Assembly: GCA_963793425.1 (NCBI GenBank)
Contig: CAWCAG010000005.1
Span: 32,001 to 96,000, forward strand
Length of the DNA stretch: 64,000 nucleotides
Source of the DNA: an uncultured cyanobacterium
Lineage (GTDB): Bacteria; Cyanobacteriota; Cyanobacteriia; Cyanobacteriales; CAWCAG01
Direction: 5' to 3'
Position 1 is the stretch's first letter. Each line of letters begins with the position of its first letter. The notes below the pieces were generated by a model. The model had not been told where the DNA came from. It saw nothing but the letters and a program-made list of their open reading frames with translations, and searched no databases. The position numbers and the translations under genes were made by a program. This document shows positions 1 to 9,947 of the stretch, piece after piece.

Positions 1-639
1 CGAGGGGGCTTCGTGGAGGTTGCGACCGACACCATGACCTGTATAATCTTCCACAACGCTATAACCTTTGGCTTTAACATAGTCTTCAATCGCCCCAGCA
101 ATATCTAAAAGATGGTTATCTGGTTTTACTTGTTCAATACCTTTATATAAAGCTGCTTCAGCCGCCTCAATTAACCTCGCCGCATCTGAAGACACTTTCC
201 CCACCGCAATGGTAATGCAGGAGTCGCCATGAAAGCCGTTTTGATATGCCCCTGTGTCTACTTTTAAAACATCTCCTGAACGAATAATTTTTTTCCGACT
301 GGGAATACCATGAACAACTTCGTTATTCAAACAAACACAAATAGAAGCAGGAAAGCCATGATACCCTTTGAAACTAGGAGTTGCCCCCATTTCTCTAATG
401 CGTTTTTCGGCATAGGTATCTAAGTCTGCGGTAGTCATTCCCGGTTCAACCATCCCTGCAATTTCTTTCAACACCGTCGCCACAATTTGACCGGATCGGC
501 GCATAATTTCTATTTCTTGTTCAGATTTAATTTCAATTTTGCGGCGATTTCTTTTTAAGGAAGGTAGCCGAAAAGTCAGCTTTTTTTTCTCCCCCTTAAC
601 TGAGTTTTTTTTGGAAAGCAGTTTGGTTAAAATTTTCAT
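1..639 (-). CDS. map: Methionine aminopeptidase type I (runs off the left edge; 3' part missing)
   Basis: Manual translation from ATG at 639: MKILTKLL...[22 protein letters not shown]...[13 protein letters not shown]...EVVHGIP...GFHGDSC...[15 protein letters not shown]. Not in the ORF track because it is partial. Confidence 0.93.
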   Translation of the reverse strand, partial: MKILTKLLSKKNSVKGEKKKLTFRLPSLKRNRRKIEIKSEQEIEIMRRSGQIVATVLKEIAGMVEPGMTTADLDTYAEKRIREMGATPSFKGYHGFPASICVCLNNEVVHGIPSRKKIIRSGDVLKVDTGAYQNGFHGDSCITIAVGKVSSDAARLIEAAEAALYKGIEQVKPDNHLLDIAGAIEDYVKAKGYSVVEDYTGHGVGRNLHEAPS

Positions 640-772
640 AAATTAAAGTTTTAAGTAGTCGTACAAAATTATTTGCATATTTTACTATTCAGTTATATTA
701 ATTTCTCCCTGCTCCCTCAAACCAAAATTTAGTACCTTACAAGTAAGAGAATTGCCATTAAAGCTTAACAGC

Positions 773-1720
773 TTAACCATCAAGTAAAGTCCCTGTCAAA
801 CGTAAAAAGACATCTTCTAAGTTAGCCGGGCGACGGGTTAGGCGAATTGGTTCTGCACTGCATAACTGCTCCCATAAAGGCTGATAATTCTCAAGGGGTA
901 AACTGACAATATAACCGCTACCAAAACGGCGATACCAAGTACAATATTCTGCGGTTAATGCTTCTAATGTTTCTGGGGCAATGCCTTCAACTTCTACCAC
1001 TTCTTGACCGACGGTACGTAAAATTAGTTCTTCAGGTGTTCCTTGATCAATGACTTTTCCATGTTGCAGTAACAGCAGTCGGTCACACAATCTCTGGGCT
1101 TCGTCCATATAATGGGTGGTTAAGAGAATGCCCCGCCCGTTTTGTTTTAATTGAGTAACTAAACGCCAAAAATCCTGTCTGGCATCAGGATCTAGTCCTG
1201 TGGTTGGTTCATCAAGAAAGATGATTTGCGGTTGATTGATTAAGGCCCTAGCTAAGACAAGACGGCGCTTTAAGCCTCCTGAAAGTTCATCAAGACGGCT
1301 TTTGCTATAATCTTCTAATCCCACTTGAGCAAGCAACTCTCCAGCCCGTTTCCGAGCCATTTTACCTGTGATGCGGTAGTGGTGGGCAAAATGAATGAGA
1401 TTTTCCCTAACCAAAAAATCAGGATCGAGATTGTCTTCTTGGGTGACAATCCCCATTAAATTACGGGCATCCCTACCCTGAGATTGTACCTGATAGTCTC
1501 CTATTTGCACAAAGCCACGAGTAGGAACAACAAAACCGTACAACATTCCTACTGTGGTGGTTTTGCCTGCACCATTAGCCCCTAACAACCCTAAAACTTC
1601 CCCCCCAGAGAGGGTAAAATTAACTCCCTCAACTACGGTGGAATCGCCATAGGATTTCCATAAATCATGGGCAGTGAGAGTAAGCTTTTCTGAACTGACA
1701 GGAGGGGGTTGTAATTCCAC
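773..1720 (-). CDS. ABC transporter ATP-binding protein (NodI/DrrA-like)
   Basis: Walker A GANGAGKTT, signature LSGGLKRR, Walker B IFLDEPTTGLD, H-loop THYM. Confidence 0.9.
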   Translation of the reverse strand: MELQPPPVSSEKLTLTAHDLWKSYGDSTVVEGVNFTLSGGEVLGLLGANGAGKTTTVGMLYGFVVPTRGFVQIGDYQVQSQGRDARNLMGIVTQEDNLDPDFLVRENLIHFAHHYRITGKMARKRAGELLAQVGLEDYSKSRLDELSGGLKRRLVLARALINQPQIIFLDEPTTGLDPDARQDFWRLVTQLKQNGRGILLTTHYMDEAQRLCDRLLLLQHGKVIDQGTPEELILRTVGQEVVEVEGIAPETLEALTAEYCTWYRRFGSGYIVSLPLENYQPLWEQLCSAEPIRLTRRPANLEDVFLRLTGTLLDG

Positions 1721-1829
1721 GAGAATCGGGGGTCTGAGTCTTACCTAAAACCGTAATAATTACAGGTTATCATTTCTATATTCCCAATCTTACCCAAAAT
1801 TAAAAGAAACATTTGCTCGAAAAATAAAT

Positions 1830-2762
1830 ATGTCAAAAATTATTATTGGTATTCATGGTCTAGCTAACAAACCTCCCCAAGAAATTATTGAACTTTGGTG
1901 GAAGCAATCTTTAGTTGAAGGGTTACAAAAAAATTGTAGTTATCAAAATACAGGTTTTGATTTTAGGTTGGTTTATTGGGCTGATTTATTATACAAATAT
2001 AATCTTCATAATGATAAAGACTTTGATTTTGATGAACTCTACAATCGCCAGCCCTATATTGAAGCTAAACCAGGAGCCTTAAAACCCTATCCAGAAGGAA
2101 GATTTTCCGAATTAAGAAAGTTTTCTTTTGGTACTATTGGTAGTGCTATCGATTTGATGACTAAAGATTTTGGCATTAATTTAGCAGCAAGTTTATTTAT
2201 CAATAAAATCTTTAGGGATTTGAATTTATATTATGCTAATGACCGAGAAATTAAAAATCGTTCTGGTGATCTTGAACTAGCTAGGAAAGTTCTTCGTGAT
2301 GAGCTTAAGAATGTTTTATACCAAGAAAGTGATAAGGAAATTATGCTCATTGCCCATTCTATGGGTTCAATTATTTCTTATGATGTTTTAAGGGATTTAG
2401 GACGCACTAACCCTGAGATAAAAGTTCCCCATTATATAACTATTGGTTCTCCTTTAGGCTTACCTACTGTCAAAGGAAAAATCCTGCAAGAAAGAGATTA
2501 CGATGCTAGAGTCCGTACCCCTTCTATTGTGACTAGAACTTGGGTTAATTACGCAGACAGAAGAGATCCTGTAGCTACAGATAACCATTTGTCTGATGAT
2601 TATCAAGCTAATAATAAAGGGATTAAAGTTTTTGATGATTTAGTGATGAATGATTACGAGTTACCCTATCAAGTTGGTAAGACTAACTCCCACAAATCCT
2701 ACGGTTATTTGCGTACTCCGGAATTATCTATGCAGGTTAAATCTTTTTTGAAAAACGGCTAA
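1830..2762 (+). CDS. Alpha/beta-hydrolase-fold protein
   Basis: N-terminal IGIHG, nucleophile elbow AHSMG, TIGSPLG, D..DPV and a C-terminal H.SYGYL. Confidence 0.7.
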   Translation: MSKIIIGIHGLANKPPQEIIELWWKQSLVEGLQKNCSYQNTGFDFRLVYWADLLYKYNLHNDKDFDFDELYNRQPYIEAKPGALKPYPEGRFSELRKFSFGTIGSAIDLMTKDFGINLAASLFINKIFRDLNLYYANDREIKNRSGDLELARKVLRDELKNVLYQESDKEIMLIAHSMGSIISYDVLRDLGRTNPEIKVPHYITIGSPLGLPTVKGKILQERDYDARVRTPSIVTRTWVNYADRRDPVATDNHLSDDYQANNKGIKVFDDLVMNDYELPYQVGKTNSHKSYGYLRTPELSMQVKSFLKNG

Positions 2763-2770
2763 TTATTAAT

Positions 2771-2829
2771 TAGGGCAGGTTTATTTTCAGGGTTGATACC
2801 ATAAATTTGAAACTCAAACCTACCCCTAC
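2771..2829. repeat. REP/REPIN-like short inverted-repeat element (59 bp)
   Basis: TAGGGCAGGTTT...AAACCTACCCCTAC; its reverse complement aligns with 57432-57490. Confidence 0.65.
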
Positions 2830-2897
2830 TATTACACCATTTTAGCTAGCAGATACCTCTTCTAAGTAACTAAATATTTAGAAAAAGAAGACCTAAC

Positions 2898-3617
2898 CTA
2901 TTTAGTTAAACCAGCCTTTTTCTGTTTGCGTAAAGCGGAAGTTGTACCTAAGCCAGCTAAAGCGAAAAGTCCAAGGATAGAAGTTGGTTCAGGAACAGAA
3001 ACATCATTCAATTTAGCAAACAACATAGTTTGATTAGCCTGGCCTTCTTCTGTAATAAATTGATTGACTTTGGGGCCATCAATAGTGTCAGAAAATCCTA
3101 ATATTTTGAGATTGTAAGTCTTGCCATCAATCTCAACTGTTTCACTAGAAGTAGCATCAGGAATACTGACAACATCTGGACAAATAGTTGCACCCATAGG
3201 ATCACAAGGAGGAGTATTAGGAGTTTCATTGTGAGCAAAATCAAAGGTGAAATCCTGATTAAAAACTGCACCATTTGCTATATCTAGGTTTAAGTTTAAA
3301 GTTGCACCTAAGATAGAACTACCACCACCAATAACAAAGTTATTGTGGGTAAAGGTTCCTAGTTTAAATATGGCTCCATCTATCGCATCACTATCTAATA
3401 ATATCCCCCCGTTACCAGCGAAGTTATAGGAACTTTGAGGACTGCCAGTACCCCAAGCAAGAGTATCTGTACCCTCACCATTAATATTAAGACCACCAAC
3501 AGGATCTGACCAAGTAGCATCGCTAGTGATAGTTATTGCTTGGGCTAATTGACTCCAGCTTAAACTTAAAGCAACAGCAGTAGTAATAGTGCCTAAACTT
3601 TTCGCCAAAAGATTCAT
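2898..3617 (-). CDS. PEP-CTERM surface protein (THxN / choice-of-anchor-like)
   Basis: Signal peptide, FTHNN and HNETPN motifs, C-terminal VPEP + TM helix + basic tail; ATG at 3617 preferred over the TTG start in the track. Confidence 0.85.
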   Translation of the reverse strand: MNLLAKSLGTITTAVALSLSWSQLAQAITITSDATWSDPVGGLNINGEGTDTLAWGTGSPQSSYNFAGNGGILLDSDAIDGAIFKLGTFTHNNFVIGGGSSILGATLNLNLDIANGAVFNQDFTFDFAHNETPNTPPCDPMGATICPDVVSIPDATSSETVEIDGKTYNLKILGFSDTIDGPKVNQFITEEGQANQTMLFAKLNDVSVPEPTSILGLFALAGLGTTSALRKQKKAGLTK

Positions 3618-4304
3618 TTTTTCTTTCTCCAAGAATTGATTTATTTTAGTTGTATTTTTTGTTGACCTGGATGTAAATCAAATTAGTAAAAGCATTACGA
3701 GCATCTCGTTAAAGAGTTGGTCTGTAATAGCTTATTGCTTACTTGAAACTAACTAACAAGTAACCAGGTACTCCTACATCTAAAATGCTGCTTTTTAAAA
3801 AAATCAAAGATGAAAGCTTCATTTATTTTCTCTTGATTGGCAACAGTCGTAAATAACTGTTGCCTCAGTACCTATGTCTAAATACTACACATGAAAAATA
3901 ATTATCAGAACAAAGTTTATATTTCTAAATCTGAACCAAGACATTGCTTTTATTATTTACAATTGCTTTATAAATAAGTAATATTTGTCAATTTCAAATA
4001 ATAATTCACTATTTATGCCAAATGATTTCAGTTGTTTTTGAGTACTTTAAGTGAAGCAATTAATCCCTTTAAAGAAGCTTTATATATCTTCTCGGTAAAG
4101 TCTTTATGCTTAAATCAGTTAAATAAAGTGATTTTACGTAGGTATGTCCTGTTTTTCTCAACTTGCGAAGCAAGGGAAAAGCTCATGTATTTTACGAAAC
4201 AAAGAAACTTTACCTCATGGCACTAAAACTTATTGGCGATCGCAGATTACTAATTATAGGAAAGACCATCTCCCAATAAGGAATTGACAATATAATTTAA
4301 TTGA

Positions 4305-4682
4305 TTATTCCCTACTTCTGGTAATATCGATAGTGATTTCACCATTAAAGTCGGGGATGGGTGCAGCTAATTTGGTTAACTCCACTCTGACTTGCTGAAT
4401 CGGATCTATAGCTAAAATTGCTTTAGCAATCTCTGTAGCTAATTTTTCGATTAAGTCGAATTTAGCTGTTTGGACAATTTGTTTAACTGTAGAAATTGCT
4501 TGGCGATAATCAAGGGTTTTGGTGAGATCATCGCTGCTTCCTGATGTGGTTAAGTCTAACCACAAAGTTAAATCCACTTCAAACCATTGTCCTAAAACTT
4601 TTTCTTCCTGCAAATATCCGGTATATCCGTAGCAGCGAATTTGAGAAACTTTGATTCGATCCATATCTAGATAATCTGTCAA
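4305..4682 (-). CDS. folB: Dihydroneopterin aldolase
   Basis: YGYTG..EEKVLGQWFEVD, TLDY, LIEKLA, ELTK motifs; true start probably the MDRIKV Met. Confidence 0.92.
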   Translation of the reverse strand: MTDYLDMDRIKVSQIRCYGYTGYLQEEKVLGQWFEVDLTLWLDLTTSGSSDDLTKTLDYRQAISTVKQIVQTAKFDLIEKLATEIAKAILAIDPIQQVRVELTKLAAPIPDFNGEITIDITRSRE

Positions 4683-4808
4683 TCTTCAATTGACGGGTAA
4701 AAAGTTAGGCAAAAAAGAGATAAATTGTTAATGAGAATAGTGTACCTGGATTTGGCTCAACTTTTTGTATTAAGCTCAAACTGGCTTTAGTATTTTTTTG
4801 AGTAAATA

Positions 4809-5603
4809 ATGAAAGTTTGGCAAGTTGATTTTTATCGCCGACAATCACCAAACCCACAAGAACAAATTGTTTGGGAATTGATTATCTGCCAACCGGAAGG
4901 TGAGTTGGTTTTTGAGGCACAATGCTTACAATCTCAGGCTAATTCAGCTTGGTTAATTGAGCAATTACAAAGGGCCGCTTCAGGAAAGTTACCAACTAAG
5001 TTGCAGGTATTTCGTCCCCAATCTTTAAATTTAGTAACCTTAGCGGGGGAAAAGCTGGGTATAGAGGTGGAAGCTACCCGCCATACCATCCCTTTGAAAC
5101 AAGAATTACTACAACGCAACAACTCCATTGAAGTTGAGGAAAATCCTCCCCAAGCCTTACCCGATCAGTTGTGGGGAGATAAATGGAGTTTCGTAACCTT
5201 TCCGGCAGGGAGTTTAGAAGAAATATTCGGTGATCGCCCCATTCCCATCCGCAGTTTACCAACTTCCCTCTTACCGATTAATTTAGGTATTGCTTCCACA
5301 GTTAAAGTACCGGGAGTCGTCATTTATGGGGGCAGAAAGTCAATGCAAATCGCAAGTTGGTTACAAGGAGTTAAACCAGCAGCATTGAATTACATTCCCA
5401 CAGAAGTAGATAAATCTGGGGGGTTGATTTTAGCCGGGGGATTAGTAGATCGTTGGATTGTTGCCACTTTTGAAGATGAAGAGGTTGCTAGGGCAGCAAA
5501 AATCTATGAAGAAAGGAAGCAGGCTAGCCAAGGATTACATTTTCTCCTCATCCAACCTGATGATTCCGGCATAACAACAAGTGGGTTTTGGCTACTTATA
5601 TAA
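4809..5603 (+). CDS. Tab2/Atab2-family RNA-binding protein (DUF1092)
   Basis: WQVDFYRR...WELIIC N-terminus and GLHFLLIQPDDSG..SGFWLL C-terminus. Confidence 0.85.
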   Translation: MKVWQVDFYRRQSPNPQEQIVWELIICQPEGELVFEAQCLQSQANSAWLIEQLQRAASGKLPTKLQVFRPQSLNLVTLAGEKLGIEVEATRHTIPLKQELLQRNNSIEVEENPPQALPDQLWGDKWSFVTFPAGSLEEIFGDRPIPIRSLPTSLLPINLGIASTVKVPGVVIYGGRKSMQIASWLQGVKPAALNYIPTEVDKSGGLILAGGLVDRWIVATFEDEEVARAAKIYEERKQASQGLHFLLIQPDDSGITTSGFWLLI

Positions 5604-5687
5604 GGGATGGCACTTAGGGTTCATGCAAACTTAAAAATATGCCCAAGTAATTGATATTAGGCGCTTTGAAAGCAATATTTTATTTAA

Positions 5688-5735
5688 CTTCATCTAATCT
5701 TTATACAAATAGAAAAAACTACATCGTATCTTTAC
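5688..5735 (+). promoter_or_regulatory. Putative four-box direct-repeat operator upstream of PEP-CTERM gene
   Basis: CTTCAT-N5-CTTTAT-N14-CTACAT-N5-CTTTAC; same layout as 57204-57252 on the minus strand. Confidence 0.5.
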
Positions 5736-5796
5736 CTAAGTGATTCGGAACTCCGTTAACTTGGTTGTATAGAAACAAATACCGGAGTTTCATCTT

Positions 5797-6663
5797 ATGT
5801 TTTCTCTTAAAAAACTTGCTCTCACTGCTGCTGGATCTGGATTAATCGCTTTAGGTTTAGGTTTTGCTGAAGCAGCCCAAGCTTTCTCTTGGAATTACAC
5901 AGCCGATAGTTTCGCTGACGGTACTGGAAATGGTCAAGTTGGTGGAGATTACGAAATCTTTGGTACAGCTTACGCTCAAAAAGGAAATCGTCTCTATATT
6001 GGTATCAATAGCAATCTAGCTAAGGGAGGTGTAGCTTATAACGGTGCGGCTGATGGCAACATCAACTACGGAGACTTCTTCTTCAACTTCTCTGGCAAAA
6101 ACTTCAACACAGCAATGAAAGACGGAGATTTATTTGCTGTCAAATTCGCCGAAGGTAATGACTCTGGCGCTACAGAATTGGGGCTTTATGGCGGAGTACA
6201 AGCCAAAAGTGTCACTAAACAAAATAGTGGTTTTGACAGCTTAAAGAAATACAACGACGCGATTAATAAGCAAACTGAAAAAGATGCTTCTCTAGGAGAT
6301 TTGACAATTCAACAAAGCTACGACTATTTAGGAAAAAATAGTTCTGTTCTTAATGTCATCGACACTTATGATACAGTAGTCAGCAACGATGTCACCTTTA
6401 TTGATGACTTCAGCAGCTTAGGACTCGATTTTGCTAGTAATTTGGGTAAAACTGGTAAGTACACCTACGGTTTCAGCTTTGATGTCTCTAGCCTTCCGAA
6501 AGGAGACTTTATTGCTCACTTACTAGTAGAATGTGGTAACGATAGTGTTGCTATCCTTGGTGATATTGAAACACAAGATGTCCCTGAGCCAGCCACAGCC
6601 GCTAGCTTAGCTGTATTCGGATTAGGCTTAGCTATGCGTCGTCGCCAACGCCGTCAAGCTTAA
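5797..6663 (+). CDS. PEP-CTERM surface protein
   Basis: Signal peptide ending AQA, ECGND motif, C-terminal VPEP + TM helix + RRRQRR. Confidence 0.88.
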   Translation: MFSLKKLALTAAGSGLIALGLGFAEAAQAFSWNYTADSFADGTGNGQVGGDYEIFGTAYAQKGNRLYIGINSNLAKGGVAYNGAADGNINYGDFFFNFSGKNFNTAMKDGDLFAVKFAEGNDSGATELGLYGGVQAKSVTKQNSGFDSLKKYNDAINKQTEKDASLGDLTIQQSYDYLGKNSSVLNVIDTYDTVVSNDVTFIDDFSSLGLDFASNLGKTGKYTYGFSFDVSSLPKGDFIAHLLVECGNDSVAILGDIETQDVPEPATAASLAVFGLGLAMRRRQRRQA

Positions 6664-6867
6664 GTTGTATAATTTAAGGACAGCTAGCAATCAGGGGTGA
6701 TTTTGTTAGCAGAGAAGACGAAAGCAACTAATAACAGATTTCGCAGTTACACGAGAAAGTTTACTTAATTCAAGTTGAATCTCTTCAATTTCAACGAACT
6801 AACCTTCCTCAAAATCTAAAACTTTCCCGTTAAGATAGTAAGAGTCTTTGCCATTGCCTTCTATCTT

Positions 6868-7116
6868 ATGTCAAAAGAACAAATACGCATTTTCCCTGCA
6901 CCTCCTCCTCCTGCGGAGATATTTGCTACCCATCAATTAGCCCACGAATTTCGCCGGGAAGCAGAATATCGCCAGGAATTCAAAGAATATTGCCAGTGGT
7001 ATCGCCAAACCGCTTTGCAACACCAACAAGAAGTAGCAGCAATGCGTAATGACATTAATATTTTTGGTTGGTTGGTAGGGGGAAGGAGTAAGCAAAGCCT
7101 ACCGCCCGCGAATTAA
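6868..7116 (+). CDS. Small conserved cyanobacterial hypothetical protein
   Basis: EF..E..YRQEF..YCQWY...M..DINIFGW pattern. Confidence 0.65.
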   Translation: MSKEQIRIFPAPPPPAEIFATHQLAHEFRREAEYRQEFKEYCQWYRQTALQHQQEVAAMRNDINIFGWLVGGRSKQSLPPAN

Positions 7117-7140
7117 TTCGGGGCTGATAGCTAAAGTCAT

Positions 7141-7266
7141 ACCAAATCGGTGTTGAGTCACATGACTTATCTGTTGGGGTAGGGAGCAGGGAGTAGGAAG
7201 CAGGGAGAAGGGTTTGAAAACTTTATTCCTTGATTTTATAAAGGCACTTTATGAAACGGATTTGGT
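7141..7266. mobile_element. MITE-like element with 8-bp terminal inverted repeats and a GTCAT flanking duplication
   Basis: ACCAAATC...GATTTGGT ends; GTCAT at 7136-7140 and 7267-7271; related end sequence at 7294-7309 and 42898-42913. Confidence 0.6.
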
Positions 7267-7376
7267 GTCATCTGAAGATGACTGGGGGTTTAATAACCGG
7301 ATTTGGTATTAGATGCACCCTCATATAAAATAACGCACAACTACTCATCGTATGGCTTGGCGTTGCTGTTTAGGCA

Positions 7377-8039
7377 TCATTGATTAAAAATGTCTCTAGC
7401 TGCTTTGGTGAGGGCTTCGATGATGCTTGCTTGGCTGAAGTTTAATTGGGGAGGATTTATTTTTTGCCCAAAAACTTGCTCAAATAATTGAGGATCGGGG
7501 TTTAATATCATTGAACCATGTTGCAATACGACATTGCCACGACGTAACTGGGCGCTACCGATTAACTTTTGTCCCTCACTTGTCACTAAGTCTGCACCAG
7601 TAGCAGTGGCAAAGCAGTTAGGATTACCAATATATCCCCTGCCCTTTTCCCCATAATGAAGATCAACTCCGAGGGATCGCCAACCTTGAATGAGAAATTG
7701 ACAAATATATTGGTATACATCCAATAGCTTGCCAGGAGGCTTAGAAGTCACCACCATATAGGTTAAATCTCCTTGATGCAATACAGCCCTCCCTCCTGTG
7801 GGGCGGCGTACTAAATCCACAGGTTTACCTTGCCAGGATAAATTGTGCCAGTGGGTAGGAAATTTGCGTTGATGGTAACCCAGAGAGATAGTTGCAGGAT
7901 GCCAAGTATAGAAACGTAGAGTTGTCGGCTGTTGATTTTGGCGATGTTGTTCTAAAAGCCATTCATCAAAAGCCATATGTTGGATTCCCGATGCTGTAGA
8001 AAAAGGCAGAAAAATCATTAAACATTTAGCAACTAGCAA
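7377..8039 (-). CDS. Lipoate-protein ligase A family protein
   Basis: MAFDE, TLRFYTW, SLGYHQ, RRPTGGRAVLH, KLIGSAQ, LQHGS. Confidence 0.9.
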   Translation of the reverse strand: MLVAKCLMIFLPFSTASGIQHMAFDEWLLEQHRQNQQPTTLRFYTWHPATISLGYHQRKFPTHWHNLSWQGKPVDLVRRPTGGRAVLHQGDLTYMVVTSKPPGKLLDVYQYICQFLIQGWRSLGVDLHYGEKGRGYIGNPNCFATATGADLVTSEGQKLIGSAQLRRGNVVLQHGSMILNPDPQLFEQVFGQKINPPQLNFSQASIIEALTKAARDIFNQ

Positions 8040-8060
8040 CTAGCCATTAGCCATTAGCCA

Positions 8061-9140
8061 TTAACCAACCAAAGAAACCTCCGTTTCAGTCATCTTATCT
8101 GGCACTGAAGAATTATTTTCTCGTAGTAAGGTTGCAGTGCTTTTAATACAACCAGCTACAGGTAAAGCAATCAACACCCCTAAAACTCCTGCAACCTTAG
8201 CTCCGATGAGTAAAGAAACTAAAATCCACACGGGATTAAGGCCAATAAATCCTCCTAACAGTTTGGGGGCGACACCATTTTCAACAGCTTGTTCAATAAC
8301 AACAGCTACAACAAGCACTCTTAAACCTAACCAAAAACTCTTTAAGGCAACTAAGAAACTAACCACAAAAATACTTGAGATTGCACCGAAAGGAAACAAA
8401 GCCATCACCCCAACCCCTAAGCCAAACAAGAGGCTAAAGGGAACTTGCAAAATTGTGAAAGCTAAAGTCATGGATGAACCAATGATAGCTGCTAAGGAAG
8501 CTTGACCAATAAAGTAATTGTTAAAGTTTTGCCGTAAGAGTTGTTGTATCTGCGAAGCCGCAGGTTGAGGTAGCCATTCTCCTACACCATTCCACACTTT
8601 TGAGCCTTGCAGAAGTAGGTAAAAGGTGAGTACTATGATCAAGATTGAATCAACAATGTTGCCTACAGTCCCTAAAGCAAAACCAAGAATTTCTCCAGTG
8701 AAAGATTGCAGCAACTCAGAAATTTTGGCAGCGAGTTGACTGGCTACCCCACTAAGTTCGACGGGGAAGTTACGGGCAGTAGCCCACTCATTGAGGGTTT
8801 GCAGTTGTTGAGTCCCAGATTCTAGCCAAGAGGGAAGACGTTCTGCTAATTCTACTATTTGTTCTACAATTATGGGGGCTAAGGTGACACCTAAAATTCC
8901 TAAAACCAAGAAAGCAATGAGGAAAACTCCCAGTACAGCATAGCCACGTTTGATGCGGCGAGAAGTAAGCAATTGAACGGGATAATTTAAGATGAAGGCG
9001 AAGAGGTTGGCGGTGATGAAAACTGTGATTAAAGATTCAAAGTAGTGAAATACTATGAGGAATACCCAGCCATTGAGAATGATCAAGGGGAAAGATAAAG
9101 CCCACTTAACCCAAGATGGTAGTTTGTCGGTTAATGCCAT
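8061..9140 (-). CDS. AI-2E family transporter
   Basis: Multi-TM protein with AFILNYPV, PKLLG..IGLNP and G..GVLIALP motifs. Confidence 0.88.
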   Translation of the reverse strand: MALTDKLPSWVKWALSFPLIILNGWVFLIVFHYFESLITVFITANLFAFILNYPVQLLTSRRIKRGYAVLGVFLIAFLVLGILGVTLAPIIVEQIVELAERLPSWLESGTQQLQTLNEWATARNFPVELSGVASQLAAKISELLQSFTGEILGFALGTVGNIVDSILIIVLTFYLLLQGSKVWNGVGEWLPQPAASQIQQLLRQNFNNYFIGQASLAAIIGSSMTLAFTILQVPFSLLFGLGVGVMALFPFGAISSIFVVSFLVALKSFWLGLRVLVVAVVIEQAVENGVAPKLLGGFIGLNPVWILVSLLIGAKVAGVLGVLIALPVAGCIKSTATLLRENNSSVPDKMTETEVSLVG

Positions 9141-9179
9141 ATCAATTTATCATTTATCATTAAACATTGAGCATTTTTC

Positions 9180-9947
9180 CTAGTTAACTAACTGCCAGTT
9201 TTGATTGAAAAACCGGCGGTAGATACCTTGGGTAATTAAGGAAGTTACTATAAGATTAACTAATATTTGCATAAAGAGTAGCAAGATTTCATAGGAAGCA
9301 GCGTTGAGAGGATCTACTCCGGCTAATAACTGCCCAGAGAAAAAAGCTGGTATCGTTGCCATAGCTATCACCGTCATTTGATTAAGGGTGGGGATTAAGC
9401 CTGCCCTAATTGCCTCTCGATGATAAGCAGTTATAGCCTGCTGAGGAGTTGCCCCCAAACTGAGATGGGTTTCAATTTCTAGGCGGTTGTTATTGATGGC
9501 ACTTACTAAACGTCCTCCGGTTATGGTAGAAGCATTAATAGCATTAGCTAAAATCATGGCAGTTATGGGGATGAGATATTGAGGTTGATACCAAGTATCG
9601 GGTTGAACAATTAAGATTGTGGTATAGCACAAAATAACTGCGATCGCAGTTAAGATTGCTCCCCAAATAATTAAAAATAAGCCCCTCAGTTTTTTACCCA
9701 GGTGACTATTAATAAAAACTGCGGCAATAACAGACATTACCCCGACAGTTATTAGTACTAGCCAAGGATTATTAAAGATAAAAATAAAATCCAGGACATA
9801 AGCTACTGCTAACAACTGCACCAAAGATCGCCCTGTAGCTATGATAATTTGGCTGGATAAACCTAGCTTTTGCCAACTCGCAATACCAAGGGCAATTCCA
9901 ATTAAGATTAAGGATAGGATTAAGTCAAAAAAGTTTAGTTGGTTCAA
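9180..9947 (-). CDS. UPF0014 / FetB-type ABC transporter permease
   Basis: GRSLVQL, PQYLIP, ETHLSLGATP, PTLNQM, GQLLAGVDPLNAASY. Confidence 0.85.
   Translation of the reverse strand: MNQLNFFDLILSLILIGIALGIASWQKLGLSSQIIIATGRSLVQLLAVAYVLDFIFIFNNPWLVLITVGVMSVIAAVFINSHLGKKLRGLFLIIWGAILTAIAVILCYTTILIVQPDTWYQPQYLIPITAMILANAINASTITGGRLVSAINNNRLEIETHLSLGATPQQAITAYHREAIRAGLIPTLNQMTVIAMATIPAFFSGQLLAGVDPLNAASYEILLLFMQILVNLIVTSLITQGIYRRFFNQNWQLVN

Noticed and set aside
4032..4226. 64-aa ORF in the PEP-CTERM/folB intergenic region, and similar short antisense ORFs elsewhere
   Set aside because: No motifs, weak starts, and most overlap well-supported genes on the opposite strand.
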